DNA of 64,000 bases from Eledone cirrhosa (lineage: Eukaryota), in contig OZ024740.1 of NCBI GenBank assembly GCA_964016885.1, positions 233,988,001 through 234,052,000 of the forward strand, given 5' to 3'. Below, one piece after another: positions 1 to 14,345 of this stretch (its first letter is position 1; each line of letters begins with the position of its first letter). The position numbers were made by a program, and so were the translations under genes. Under the pieces are notes generated by a model. The model worked only from the letters and a program-made list of their open reading frames with translations. It was not told where the DNA came from and ran no database searches.

Positions 1-479
1 TGTTATAATTGTAGTTTTACCTCCAGTTCAGTAGAAAGAAAGACCAATATTTGTCGACTAGTATGATTTGTGACATTTATACCTAAATATATATAAAAAT
101 ATATATGTACAAATCTAACTTTCTGAATCCCAAAACATACTCAAAATGAGTAAAATATATAAATGCATGAATGATTTACGGTTCAATTATAACCGGTAAT
201 CTTACAAGTTATATATCCAAATTATATGTTTAAAACAAATACAAATATATAAGGATCCCAATCTAACTTATATATATCTAAAATAATCCAAAGGGGTGCA
301 TATTCATCAAGAAAACAAGTTAACAAATAATATGTTTATATACCTAAACAGGACCCTTCAGTCTAACATTAATTCCATCATAAATGAATAGAAAATAAAA
401 GTTTTAAACAGTTGATAAGAGACATCAAAACCTGTTTATTTAGTGTTTTTTTCCTGACTTTTTGCGAGGCTTGGAAAGT

Positions 480-2360
480 AGACAAAGCTTTATGAAAGCA
501 GTTTGAGAATAATTCACTTTTTTTGTTAATTAAGTTTTCATAATTAGTAATTATTAATAGGGTCTCCTTAGTACAGAGGTTGCAGTTAGATGATATAGAC
601 GAATTCGAGTAGATTCTATTATTACATAGCTAGCTTCGTCCAAAGAATCGAGTATTTTAAATTTTTGTCTTTTAGTGACCATATAAGTTGTGATAAAGAA
701 GTCGAAGACTTCCTATTAGGATTCGAAAAAGAGCATTTGTAATTCCCAAATCTCGATTTAAATGTCCAAGAAGTTGCACCTATGTAGTTGTATGTGATGT
801 TATTTGCTTTTACGGTGCATTTATACACCAAATTTCTATCCAGACAATTATTTTGCAGAAAACAATCTGGTTTATTTCTACAATTACATTTCGATTTATT
901 ATTATTATAATTTATATTAACACTATTATTAACACTATTATGCTGATTCTGGTTTAGAATTCTACTATTTAGTTTAGCGATGTTTTGGGCCATATTCATA
1001 GTTGTAGAATAAGAAAGCTTAATTGTGTGTCTATTAAATATGAAACGGTATTTATGATGAATAGGGAAGGAATTATCTAAAGCTTTAAAGAATAGATTAG
1101 CTAGTGGTGTTTTTATTGATACAGAAGCAGGGGGGGGGGGCAAACCATATAACTGATTTAGTTCTGGGTTTTTTTTCAAAGATTTATTCACAGTACAGGT
1201 GTTTGAATACAGGTGTCAGTCATATTATTATTTTTATCAGGATTAAGATTCGAATTATTATTGTCTATATATTCTATATTATTTTTATAACCTGCCTTTC
1301 TTAGCGCATCATTGTAATATCCTGCTTTTTCATCAAATATGGATTTATTAGCAGATATTCTAGTTATGCGTTTCTGTACACTATTGACAATTGCATTTTT
1401 CACAGATTTGGGGTGATTAGAGTAATAACTAACGTAATTTAAGTTTTCATTGGGCTTATGGAAAGGGTAATAAAAACCAGAGTTTAAGTTAAGAGTAACA
1501 TCAAGGAAATGAACTATTTTGGTACCACTTTCTACCTCTAATTAAAGTTCGTAATTTTTAAAGAATTCAATTATATTTTTCTTAACCCTATTTAGTTCTG
1601 TATTGCTGTGTTTGACAACCGTAAATAAAATATCGTCCCTATATAAACCACCGGTAATCTCCGGCAGTTTTCTATTTACCATATTTCAGATGAAAATCCC
1701 CAGAAGATCCGTGACTTGCGCTGGGTCCGATGATCCCATGGTAATGTCAAAGTTTCTATTTCTATCCGGGCGGGTCCAATACTCATTGTTGGAATTAATT
1801 AGAGTTATTCTAGCAGTTAATATGATATCGATTTCATCCGTAGTTAGATCTGTATGTTTGTAAGCGTAGGATAAAGCTTTATTTAATAGGTTAGGCGTAA
1901 TGTAATAGTAATAGCTTGCTATGTCCATTTGGATGAATTTGTAGTTTTTCTTATCATCTATATTTTTAAACCAATCAATCACTTCATTGGTGTCCCTTCC
2001 ACAGCTCAATTTAGACCTCAATTTCAGAATAGGTAGAATTCTATCAATAATATTCTTACTGATTACTCCAATATCCGATTTAGATGCAGCAATCAGTCTA
2101 ACTGGCAGGTCTTCCTCAAAGTTTCTTTTCTGAACCTTAAAATTGATCCGCGGCTGTCTAGGTATAAAAGGGTCGGTTCTTCCTTCAATTCCTAATTTTG
2201 CAATTAATTTATATGCATCATTATTGATGTCTGTAAGATATTTGGCCGGGGCTTTTCTATAATTTGTCCTTAGTTCCTTTAAAATCAAATCATTATATTC
2301 TTCTTTATTTATCCCATATAAATTATTTGTTTTGTTAGATTTCACCAATATTTTATTAAC
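480..2360 (-). mobile_element. Degenerate Penelope-like retroelement (RT plus GIY-YIG endonuclease), frameshifted
   Basis: ORF pieces 1686-2468, 1188-1403 and 622-1191. They contain FIQMDI, FDITMGSSDPAQVTDLLG, GLYRDD (~1632-1650), a CNCRNKPDC linker and LVYKC...YIGAT (GIY-YIG). The right end runs into TA-rich sequence. Confidence 0.9.
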
Positions 2361-2522
2361 TTTTTTATATATATATATCAAAGAAGAAGTGTACATATCT
2401 CTACACGAGTATAGATACAAGTATAGATAGATACATACAGTGTCCAACTTATACTGAGTTTGGTTCAATGAAAGAGTTAATAAAATTAACAGATTCAGAG
2501 CCTAATCATATCAAATATGGAA

Positions 2523-2554
<32 letters not shown>

Positions 2555-2559
2555 TAAAT

Positions 2560-2706
<147 letters not shown>

Positions 2707-2784
2707 AGCAAAAGGGATATTCAATTTGTTGGTAATTCAACAAATATAAATGTTTATAACTGATTCATATATATATGTATGTAT

Positions 2785-2875
2785 ATTATAAAAAAAAACA
2801 CGTGGGCGAAAACACAGAAGTCACGCACAGAATGAAAGTGCCCGATCATCTGCTGTCTTCTATGTGACACAATAG
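2785..2875. repeat. ~90-bp TA-adjacent interspersed repeat; reverse-complement copy at ~4925-5005
   Basis: aaaaaaacacgtgggcgaaaacacagaagtcacgcacagaatgaaagtg is matched in reverse complement at 4925-5005. Confidence 0.75.
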
Positions 2876-3246
2876 CAATATGTGCAACTCATTGTGGGGT
2901 AAACTACTAAGAAAGACAAGTGACTAAAGTAGGCTAAATAGCTATTAGTATGAACATATAAAAGCGTAACTAAGACGTGTGTATCCTATGACTGAAGACA
3001 TAAACACTGCGTGTATTAGGATAAAAACATTCGTTAAGGTATGTCTACTGCTTTCGCAATTTTTCATTTAAACTAAACAATTTGTTTTTCCCTGTCTTTT
3101 GATATACCATGATTAACAAGAGACATGCACGCAGACATCAACTAACATCAAACTTCCAGGTCCCGAGAACAATGTGAATCATATGAAAAATCGATGTAGA
3201 AGGAAAAGTGGACGTCATGTATATATATATATATATTTTTATTTAC

Positions 3247-3284
<38 letters not shown>

Positions 3285-3351
3285 CGACAGTCGATCGACT
3301 TTTTTTTGTCAAATCGGACTGAGGAAACGATGTTTCCATTGGTCTTTCTAA

Positions 3352-3506
3352 TTGCTAATACTCTCTATCGGTTGCAACTACAGGTAGCAGGAGCAACGTG
3401 AAATAAAGTGTCTTGCCCAAGGACATAACGCATCGGCTGGTCCGGGAATCGAACTCACAACGTCACGATTGCGAATCCAGTTCTCTAACCACTCAACCAC
3501 GCGCCT

Positions 3507-3510
<4 letters not shown>
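3352..3510 (-). mobile_element. tRNA-derived SINE family B (CORE-like body)
   Basis: Minus strand has a B-box-like gagttcgattcc followed by gtccttgggcaagacactttatttcacgttgctc. Related copies at 21460-21752 (+) and 40124-40280 (-). Confidence 0.75.
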
Positions 3511-3567
<57 letters not shown>

Positions 3568-3568
3568 G

Positions 3569-3614
<46 letters not shown>

Positions 3615-3676
3615 TATATATATATATATTTTAATTTTTTTAATTTTTTATATTTATATACATATATAGATAGATA

Positions 3677-3803
<127 letters not shown>

Positions 3804-3863
3804 ATATATATATATATTTTTATTTTTTTTTTTTTTATATTAATATACATATATATATAGATA

Positions 3864-3943
<80 letters not shown>

Positions 3944-3954
3944 TATATACACGC

Positions 3955-4048
<94 letters not shown>

Positions 4049-4098
4049 CACGTGTGTATGAATGTGTGCGTGAATGTATAAATATATATATATATTTC

Positions 4099-4292
4099 TA
4101 TGTCGGGTCATTCTTGGGTGCTACTGGTAACATGTAACCCAGTACAACCTGTCGCATAGTCGGATTGTCGGCGACTAAACCGGCAACCCCACCAAGTATA
4201 CTTGGTGAGGAGGGTGATTTTGGACACCCTGCAGGACAAAGAACAAAACCTGACAAAGGGCGGAAGAACTCATAAGAGTCAACGGCCATCCA
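4099..4292 (+). repeat. Interspersed repeat, probable 5' UTR fragment of an R4/Dong-like LINE
   Basis: Homologous copies at 27020-27155 (-) and 60111-60312 (-). The last lies 5' of a minus-strand R4-like RT fragment. Confidence 0.55.
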
Positions 4293-4749
4293 AAAGTGTG
4301 TAAATACGTATATACACATGTACATATGTATGTATATGTGTATATACATGGGTGCATGTGTATGTATATGCGCGGGGACATACATACATACATGTTTATG
4401 TATCTATCTATACCTATCTACATATGTATGTGTGTGTTTGTGTATTATTGGTGGATTCCCGATGGGGGCCACATTTAAAAAAGGGACCCAATACGTTGGT
4501 ATAAGTATCTTTATTTTATATAGAAATTATATCTACAAGATTAGAATTGTTTCATTCGGATAAGATCATCAGGAAAGTGAGATAAAATTGATCAGTATCG
4601 TTATTTACATTCCAATTGGGATGGATGTTGAGAGGGTAAATAAAGCACCTGTAACGCACTGAGATCGATTTAATCCACTCCTGCAAAATTGTCGGGCTTG
4701 TGCCTACTTCAGAAACCATTATTATTGTGTGTATATATATATTGTATTG

Positions 4750-4850
4750 TGTGGCCCTTCATGATCTGAGTTCAAATCCCGCCGAGGTTAACTTTGCCTT
4801 TCATCCTTACGGGGTCGATAGAATAAAGTACCAGTAATGCACTGGTGATG
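4750..4850 (+). mobile_element. tRNA-SINE family A, partial
   Basis: gagttcaaatcccgccgaggttaactttgcctttcatccttacggggtcgata is shared with the copies at 18316, 27675, 40785, 46727, 50962 and 58023. Confidence 0.8.
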
Positions 4851-5030
4851 GCTGCCCTTGTGCCGAAAGTAGATACAATTATCATTGCGTGTATATTTAT
4901 GGATATATATATATAAGAAACTATAGTGACACACAGAAGACAGCAGATGAGCGGACACTTTCATTCTGTGCGTGACTTCTGTGTTTTCACCCACGTGTTT
5001 TTTTATAATATACATACATATATATATATA

Positions 5031-5378
<348 letters not shown>

Positions 5379-5874
5379 ACAGGGAGAAAGAGACGATAAT
5401 GAGGAAGAGAAATATATTCCTCTAAAAAGGGAAATCATATCAAACCACAGTCCACCATTTGCCTCCTTCACTGAGCCATGGTTCAACTAAGCAATCTTGC
5501 GATATTAACACATTTTGAACTGCTTAACTTCAATGACTGTGCTTGTAAATAACATTAACTTTTCTTCCACATTGACTTTTTACGTTCCACATTATGCACG
5601 TTTTTTTTTTCCTTTTTCTTTTTCTTTTCACTTCTTAAACCTTGTTTGTATATAACATTATACTTTCTGCATCTTCTGTTTAACACGTGCGACACCACAC
5701 TAATATATTTCACTATCATTTGATAATGCATATAAATGCAGAAACCGGTAATAGACAATAATTAAATATACAAATAGATAAATAAATGCCATTGTTAAAT
5801 AATAAATAAATCAACTAATACCTTAACACTTCACACTAAGTAAAACATTTCGTATTAATACTTTTCTAACCCAG

Positions 5875-5948
<74 letters not shown>

Positions 5949-5996
5949 AGGAAAAAAATATATTTCTCTTCCTCATAATCGTCTCTTTCTCCCTGT

Positions 5997-6042
<46 letters not shown>

Positions 6043-6069
6043 TAACTCGTGTGCCTCCTCTCCACATTT

Positions 6070-6119
<50 letters not shown>

Positions 6120-6123
<4 letters not shown>

Positions 6124-6345
6124 GTTTGTATATGTATAATAAAGCCAAAACAATGCAGGTATAGACATAAAATAAAGAATGCAAATGCAAAAGATATTGT
6201 TGACAATTAGTCTCTTACCTTAGAATTATTTAAATGTCCTAAATTTTCGAGATAATATCTCTTCTTCAGAGGAAGAGATATTATCTCGAAAACTGTCCAT
6301 ACCTGCATTGTTTTGGCTTTATTATATATATACAAATGTTTACAC
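6120..6345. repeat. Nested inverted repeat with hammerhead-like core
   Basis: 6120-6167 is the reverse complement of 6294-6341. The inner hairpin ttttcgagataatatctcttc/gaagagatattatctcgaaaa reads CTGAAGA-agagatattatctc-GAAA on the minus strand. Confidence 0.65.
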
Positions 6346-6382
6346 CTCATTACTCAATGCTTCAAGTGAACTATAACCTCTT

Positions 6383-6467
<85 letters not shown>

Positions 6468-6605
6468 CAGAGAGAGAGAGAGAGGGAGAGAGAGATAGCT
6501 ATATATATAGATATACATATAAATGTATGTACGTATGTATATATGTATGTATATGGATATGTGTGTGGGGAGAGTGTGTATGTGTTTGTATATATATATA
6601 TATAT

Positions 6606-6805
6606 ATAATATAAGATCAAAAGATGGTTAAAGGAGTTCCATGTATTTTATTATGCGCATTTCAAAAACAAACATCATCATGCAATAATATTTGTGTTTT
6701 CATCATGATGAAAAGACAAATCTTATTGCATGATGATGTTTGTTTTTGAAATGCGCATAATAAAATACATGGAACTCCTTTAACCATCTTTTGATCTTAT
6801 ATTAT
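6606..6805. repeat. Inverted repeat (~83-bp arms) with degenerate hammerhead-like motif
   Basis: 6606-6688 is the reverse complement of 6723-6805. The right arm reads ATGATGA-tgtttgtttt-GAAATGCGCATA, with a palindromic stem III. Confidence 0.7.
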
Positions 6806-6888
6806 GTATACTCCAGTCCTACAAACTGTAGAGTGCTTCTTATCCGATATCTGCATTGCTTTATTGTACTACAATAAAACTCACCTCC

Positions 6889-6995
<107 letters not shown>

Positions 6996-7674
6996 TAATT
7001 TGTATTCCAATGTTACTAAGTAGTTGCATTGGATGGAGTCAACTGACGTCAGAGATTGCTCAACGTATAATAAAGTGTGTTTTAAAATCCGGAGAAAATA
7101 TGGAGAAAAAATTTACGAAATGGAAATGCGGGTATATAGAATTTATTAGGTAACAATTGTTTCTATAGTGTATGAGTTACCTATACCTCGCTACTTGAAT
7201 AATACACAAATATTATCAAAAACCGAAAGTACACTGTAAGCCAACACACCATGTCATCAGACCTTTGTATTAGAATGATATGAAAATATTTTATACACTA
7301 GATAAAAGATAAAGAAGGAGGTAGGAAGAGAAGGGGAAGAGGGAAGTGAGTAAGGTGGAGGGAGTCTTAGGGTTTAAGACTGTCAGACTAGTAGAGATTG
7401 TGAAGAGAGAATGTTTTGGCAGCAGTTAGCTTAATGAGGCGTGCTAAGGTTGGCTGGGAAGTAGATACTTCTAGTGGTGTTGTTCGGACAGAATTTAGTT
7501 AGAGGGGTCAAAGTGGTACAATGTCACAGACAAGTTATTAGGGCTATTATAGTAGCAGGTTATTTCTAAAGGGGTCCAGAAAAACAGTGTTTAGTACTAT
7601 TATTATAGAAAGCCATATCTAGTGTATAAACATATAAGACAGAAATTTGCAAACGTTGGTGTAAAAAGGTAACA

Positions 7675-9790
7675 TTATATGCATTTAAAAAAAGAAAAAG
7701 TCGTTTTCAAACGATGGTTACAGTATAGAGAACGTTCAATTTTGCTGTTCAAAAGTTTGTTTACCGACGTTAAAATGCAGTATATCTCTAAATTGCATAA
7801 CTTGCAGAATCGATGATTTTGCTGATATGCAGGCGCAGCTGCAATAATTTGCCAATCAAGGGAGAACGCTTGATTGTTCCTCCGAAGCTGCCAGGCTTTA
7901 TCGGCGAGGGTTGTTACGGAGCGCATTTTCTCGTGCCTGATCGAAGATCGATGTTGGTATAGGCGAGCCTTGAAAGAAGTTGCGGTACATCCGACGTAAT
8001 ACCATTTGTTGGTCCCGGAATTTATTGTACACCGGTAGACAATATTGCGTGCTAGGCACTGGTTATTCAGTGGGCACGTACCTGGTTTGGTGCAGTTACA
8101 ACTATTTTTATGTTTTGCAGTAGAATCCTGGATAGTTTGGTGGGGTTGTGGTTGCGTGTTAGTGCGTTGCATGTTGCTATGCTGGTGCGCTGAGTCATTA
8201 GGGATGTACTTATTCAGTATTGCTGAGTTGAGTTTTCTAATTAGTTGTTCTATGTTAGGTGCAGTGGAGTATGATAGTCTAATGGTGCGCGAGTTAAAGA
8301 TTTTATAGTATTTATGTGAAGTTGTAAAGTGTTTATTGATTAGTGTATAGAATTGTGAGATAATCTTAGTGCTAATAGAAGAATTGTACACGGGGTTATA
8401 CCATATGTACTCTCTACGTCTGACTCTATTTGCTGGTTTGCACCTGTTAGTATGCCTATTGATGTGTGTGTGTGGTGCAATACTAGTTCGACTTAGATGT
8501 GTTTTATTCATAGTACTTATGTGGTTATCGTCTAGATATTCAATTTTCTCGCAGTAACCAGCTTTTCTAAGTGCGTCATTATAATATTCAGCATGCTCGT
8601 TGAAGGTCTGCAAATTAGACGACAGTCGGGAGATCCTTATGGATATATTTTTAGGGATAGATTTAATAATGGAATGAGGATGGTTCGATTTTACATTAAC
8701 GTACTTAAGATTTTCATTAAGTTTGTGAAATGGCTCTATATTACCGTTATTAAGGTTGAAGGTAACATCCAAGAAGTTGACCACCTTAAGATTGTGTTCA
8801 AAGGTAATATTAAGCCCTAGTTCTAAGAAAAGTTTCCTAATGTTTTTACGTCGCCTTTCTAGGTTTTGTTTGTTCATATTCTTGACTAATAGAAGTGTAT
8901 CGTCGCGGTATATTCCGCCGTGGAGGTCCGTAAATTCGCTCTGGAGTCTATGGGCTATATAGATCCCAACCAAATCCGTGACCTCCGCCGAATCATTAGA
9001 ACCCATCGTAATGTCGAATTCCGAGGGTCTATCCCTGCGGACCCAATAACTATTTTCAAAGTGCACTACTGTGCGTCTAGCTTCAAGTATAATATTAATT
9101 TCCTCGTTTGTGAGGTCCGAGTTAGTCTTAGCGAAAGAGAGGGCCTTATGCAGGGTTTCGGGTGAAATAGAGGAATAGTATTCATCTATATCGAATTGAA
9201 TAAAAGAAGATTTGTTTTTGTCCCTAATGTTATTGAACCATCTTATTGCCTGATGAGTATTACCCCATAATTTAATATCTACCTTAGCCTTAACTTGGGG
9301 GATAATACGATCTAATATGTACTTACTAATCTTACCTATATCGGACTTTGAAGGACATATTAATCTAATTTTAGGGTTAGTATCGAAGTTATCCTTATGG
9401 TCCTTCAGATTAAAAGTCGGTGTAGCTGGGGATAGGGGTACCGTTCTGTCGTCAATTTTCAATTTCCTAACAATATCACATGCTGCGTTATTAATGTTGG
9501 TTAGTGTAGTTGCGTTTGTTTTTTTGTATTTCCTATGTAATTCCTTACGTATAAAATTGTTATATGTTTCTACATCCAGGGTGTATAGATTCGAAGTTTT
9601 GTCTGCCTTTATGATAATTCCTTTGGTATTCCTTAGGTTGTTGAGTAGAGTTTTAATATCTCGTTGCAGTTCGTTTTTCCTTCCGTTTGTAAATTTGATT
9701 CCGGTTATCATTTTCATTAAGTCCTGTTCGAAAGAATCCAAAAGAGGGTTAGAGGGTGGGTTTTTGTAGGATTTTTTCTCCATAATTTTT
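7675..9790 (-). mobile_element. Penelope-like retroelement with uninterrupted RT-linker-GIY-YIG ORF (~700 aa, 5'-truncated)
   Basis: KADKTSNLY, FIQFDIDEYY, FDITMGSNDSAEVTDLVG, GGIYRDD, NFLDVTF, CNCTKPGTCPLNNQC, NIVYRC..WYYVGCT..FKARLYQH, CKLCNLE. The annotated N-terminus ([10 protein letters not shown]) is microsatellite read-through. Confidence 0.95.
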
Positions 9791-9892
9791 TCTATATATA
9801 TATATATATATGTGTGTGTATATCCGTATGCGGTTGACGGCTGAGAGAAAAGAGTACACAATACCGAAGTAGAGTTTTAGCATTCATTTTAT

Positions 9893-10027
9893 TCAGGCTA
9901 AATAGTGAGTCTTCTTATTCTGGAGTTTCGTCTGTTTATCATAGAGTCATCGGACAAGAATTCTTGTCTGATTTCCCTGTTAATAAACAGGCGAAACACC
10001 AGAGTAACAAGACTCACTATTTAGCCT
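9893..10027. repeat. Imperfect palindrome of two degenerate head-to-head hammerhead motifs upstream of the PLE ORF
   Basis: Centre caagaattcttg (~9955-9966). The right half reads tcttgt-CTGAT(tt)-cctgtt-aata-aacagg-cGAAAC..GTA-acaaga. Confidence 0.65.
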
Positions 10028-10036
10028 TAATAATAT

Positions 10037-10099
<63 letters not shown>

Positions 10100-10144
10100 G
10101 AGAGTAAAACAAAGAAGCCTTCAATACATCAAAAGTCTTTATTA

Positions 10145-10182
10145 GCCGACAATGTTTCGTCCTGTTAAGGACTCATCAGGGC
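10145..10182 (-). ncRNA. Minimal type I hammerhead ribozyme
   Basis: Minus strand: gcc-CTGATGA-gtcct-taac-aggac-GAAA-cattg-TC-ggc. Confidence 0.85.
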
Positions 10183-13100
10183 AATTAAAACAACTAGAAG
10201 TAATATCGGCAGATACAAGCCGGAAGCTCCGAAGAATATGGAGTGTACATACACTAAGTATTGCAAAAATATATAATAAAAAAAAATATATATAATAAAA
10301 ATTACTAAGGATGTATATAACATTAAGAACCATATTACAAATATAGTCCAAAGCAAAAAAGCCTAGAGCTAAACAAAGGTGGTTATATAGAGCAGGAAAT
10401 TATATATAATACAATGTAATATAATATAATATAATATAATATACCTTTACCAACATTAAAATTACAATAAAAATCAAAAGGTACAATAAGCACATGTATA
10501 TATGTGCGCACACGTACACACACATACAACAATACACACATCCATCTTCAACTGCACAAATTAAACCTTATCAAGAGTTTGAATATAAAAATAAGCATGA
10601 TAGGAATGAAAATAATAATAATAATACTACTAATACATCTACCCAATATACATGAGGTAATAATATGATATAATTATAAGTAGCACATATAATAAATAAT
10701 AAATAATACAATTATATACTATATAATACAATATAATAGAATAGATAATCTCCGGTTAATTTACACAAACAATATAGATATCACAATAATAATATAATAA
10801 TAATATAATAACATTTATAATATACAATATACTAACATTTATAATAAACAACATATAATGGTGCTCAAGTTAACAAATCAATTCATACTGGGTTACAGAG
10901 TAGGTGAGGAAAAAATAAATTGTACAATAACCGAAAAAAATGTTGATGGTGCAAAAGTACAAACATCTTACATGATATATAAAGTCTAACATATCATAAT
11001 GTTACATATAATTAACGGTAAGTAATAAGGATCAATATTATAATAAAAATACAATATAATATAATATATTATATAAAATAAATTAACATAATATAATATA
11101 TAATTACTTATAATTACAAGGTTGGTAGACAGACATGTATATGGATGAGTGAGTAAGTGCCAGACAGTAAATATAATGCACAGTAGTATTACAAATAAAA
11201 TATAAAATATAAAATATAGAATAAAATAAATAAATAAATGGAATCAACCGGAAATTAAAAAACCAAAACAAACGTATACGTTTAGGTCTCACATGCAGTT
11301 AAGTAGTTAAGTAAAAACTAAGGAAACAACTCCTGTAAATGACTCAAAAACCCTATTTGATAAATTAATATTTAAAATATTTAAACTATCCAATAAGGCA
11401 GTATAATATTAGCTATAGTATAAGTCATTAAATTTTATAAATGTTAATATTTCGTTACAAATGTTTACAAAAAGGAATGAAATTTTTTTACTATCATATA
11501 CATAACGATATCTAAAAAACTGACTTAAGCAGAATTAAGGTAGGCTAATAGGGACAGAAATGAAGAAATATATGGAGGATGCAAAGGGGCATAAAAAATA
11601 GTCGATATAAAAATAAAAATAAAAATAAAAATAAGAATAAAATAAAATAAATAGCGTAAAATATATAGTCTTATATACATTCATAAGGTGTAATAGTGAA
11701 AATTTAATGCGTAAGAAGATAGATATGGTACAGTAGCCAAAAGATTATGAGAGCTAGAATAAAGAGTCATCAAAAACCAATGATAATAATGATGATAATA
11801 ATAATGTTGGCAAACAAAAGAACCTAAACTAAAAAATAAATAATGGAATATATCAGCTAATGGGTACAATTTGTACTAATAGAACGTTTCGGTTTATAAT
11901 AAAAGTATGAATTAGAAATAGCGTGGGGGCAAGAAGACATTATCTCAGACTTTCTATTAAGTAAGGATGCGCTAGAGAAGATTATAGAGTGTGTCTCGAG
12001 GATACAGAGATTACAAAACTTAGTATGTGTAGAAAGGTGGTTAGAGCGTGCTACTAAACGCCAGTTAAGGCTATGTGGTATATTAGCTCCCTTAAGATCC
12101 CAGATATAATGTGCTAAAGAAGTAGAATTCTTAAACTTAACATGCTTGAAATTAGAGATATGAGAGTTAAACCTAGTCTTAAAAGTGTTAGAAGTAGAGC
12201 CTATATAAGTTCTATTAGAGGAATTAGTTATAACTTCGCAAGCATAGACAATGTTCTTAGAAAGGCAGTTACCGTTTAAAGGGCAGTTAGCACTTACTCT
12301 ACAATTGCACTTCCGGGTGTTATTGGTTGGCTCGAGTGGTGATGCATTACACGTAGGATTGCTATTAGATAAGGACTGTTCTGGTGGTAATGCATTGCCA
12401 GATCTGTTCAGACTAGTAGTATGTAGAGAGGAGAATCCATCCCTAATTTTCCTATTGTTAGTGCTAGCTAAATGAGAACTAATATTAGGGGTGGTAGAGA
12501 ATGAAAGTTTAATAACATTTTTATTAAAAATACTATGGTATTTATGAGAAGGGGGGAAATTTTTCTCTTTATGTGCACATAAACTTATTATCAACCCCTC
12601 CAAATTGACTATGATTATATTTAACCCCCCCCCCTCTTTTACGCTCCTTTCTATTATGTAATATAGTATATCGACTATTTTTTATGCCCCTTTGCATCCT
12701 CCATATATTTCTTCATTTCTGTCCCTATTAGCCTACCTTAATTCTGCTTAAGTCAGTTTTTTAGATATCGTTATGTATATGATAGTAAAAAAATGTCATC
12801 CTTTTTGTAAACATTTGTAACGAAATATTAACATTTATAAAATTTAATGACTTAAACTATAGCTAATATTATACTGCCTTATTGGATAGTTTAAATATTT
12901 TAAATATTAATTTATCAAATAGGGTTTTTGAGTCATTTACAGGGGTTGTTTCCTTAGTTTTTACTTAACTGCATGTGAGACCTAAACGTATACGTTTGTT
13001 TTTGTTTTTTTAATTTCCGGTTGATTCCATTTATTTATTTATTTTATTCTATATTTTATATTTTATATTTTATATTTTATTTGTAATACTACTGTGCATT

Positions 13101-14092
13101 ATATTTACTGTCTGGCACTTACTCACTCATCCATATACATGTCTGTCTACCAACCTTGTAATTATAAGTAATTATATATTATATTATGTTAATTTATTTT
13201 ATATAATATATTATATTATATTGTATTTTTATTGTAATATTGATCCTTATTACTTACCGTTAATTATATGTAACATTATGATATGTTAGACTTTATATAT
13301 CATGTAAGATGTTTGTACTTTTGCACCATCAACATTTTTTTCGGTTATTGTACAATTTATTTTTTCCTCACCTACTCTGTAACCCAGTATGAATTGATTT
13401 GTTAACTTGAGCACCATTATATATTGTTTATTATAAATGTTAGTATATTGTATATTATAAATGTTATTATATTATTATTATATTATTATTGTGATATCTA
13501 TATTGTTTGTGTAAATTAACCGGAGATTATCTATTCTATTATATTGTATTATATAGTATATAATTGTATTATTTATTATTTATTATATGTGCTACTTATA
13601 ATTATATGATATTATTACCTCATGTATATTGGGTAGATGTATTAGTATTATTATTATTATTATTTTCATTCCTATCATGCTTATTTTTATATTCAAACTC
13701 TTGATAAGGTTTAATTTGTGCAGTTGAAGATGGATGTGTGTATTGTTGTATGTGTGTGTACGTGTGCGCACATATATACATATGCTTATTGTACCTTTTG
13801 ATTTTTATTGTAATTTTAATGTTGGTAAAGGTATATTATATTATATTATATTATATTACATTGTATTATATATAATTTCCTGCTCTATATAACCAGATTT
13901 GTTTAGCTCTAGGCTTTTTTGCTTTGGACTATATTTGTAATATGGTTCTTAATGTTATATACATCCTTAGTAATTTTTATTATATATATTTTTTTTTATT
14001 ATATATTTTTGCAATACTTAGTGTATGTACACTCCATATTCTTCGGAGCTTCCGGCTTGTATCTGCCGATATTACTTCTAGTTGTTTTAATT

Positions 14093-14130
14093 GCCCTGAT
14101 GAGTCCTTAATAGGACGAAACATTGTCGGC
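14093..14130 (+). ncRNA. Minimal type I hammerhead ribozyme
   Basis: gcc-CTGATGA-gtcct-taat-aggac-GAAA-cattg-TC-ggc. Predicted GUC cleavage after 14127; the very short stem III suggests dimeric folding. Confidence 0.88.
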
Positions 14131-14277
14131 TAATAAAGACTTTTGATGTATTGAAGGCTTCTTTGTTTTACTCTCTTAATTTTTCGGCTCTGTTTAACTA
14201 CATTGAGCTATACCTTTTACTGTCATTTCTATAATACGAAGAGGGTGTTTAACTCCAACACGCTCCAGTATTTTAAC

Positions 14278-14345
<68 letters not shown>

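Larger units (their letters stand above)
10095..14280 (-). mobile_element. 5'-truncated PLE with ~1.5-kb inverted pLTR/3'UTR arms (10095-11609 and 12668-14180) around a GIY-YIG fragment
   Basis: The arms are near-identical reverse complements (mirror ORFs at 10142/13924). Spacer ORF 11857-12603 has CNCRVSANCPLNGNC, IVYAC..YIGST, CNLC. Both ends abut (TA)n. Confidence 0.93.

Noticed and set aside
4528-4578. Minus-strand CTGATGA...GAAACAA..TTGTA hammerhead-like motif
   Set aside because: Stems I and II pair poorly; possibly a decayed copy but too weak to list as a feature.
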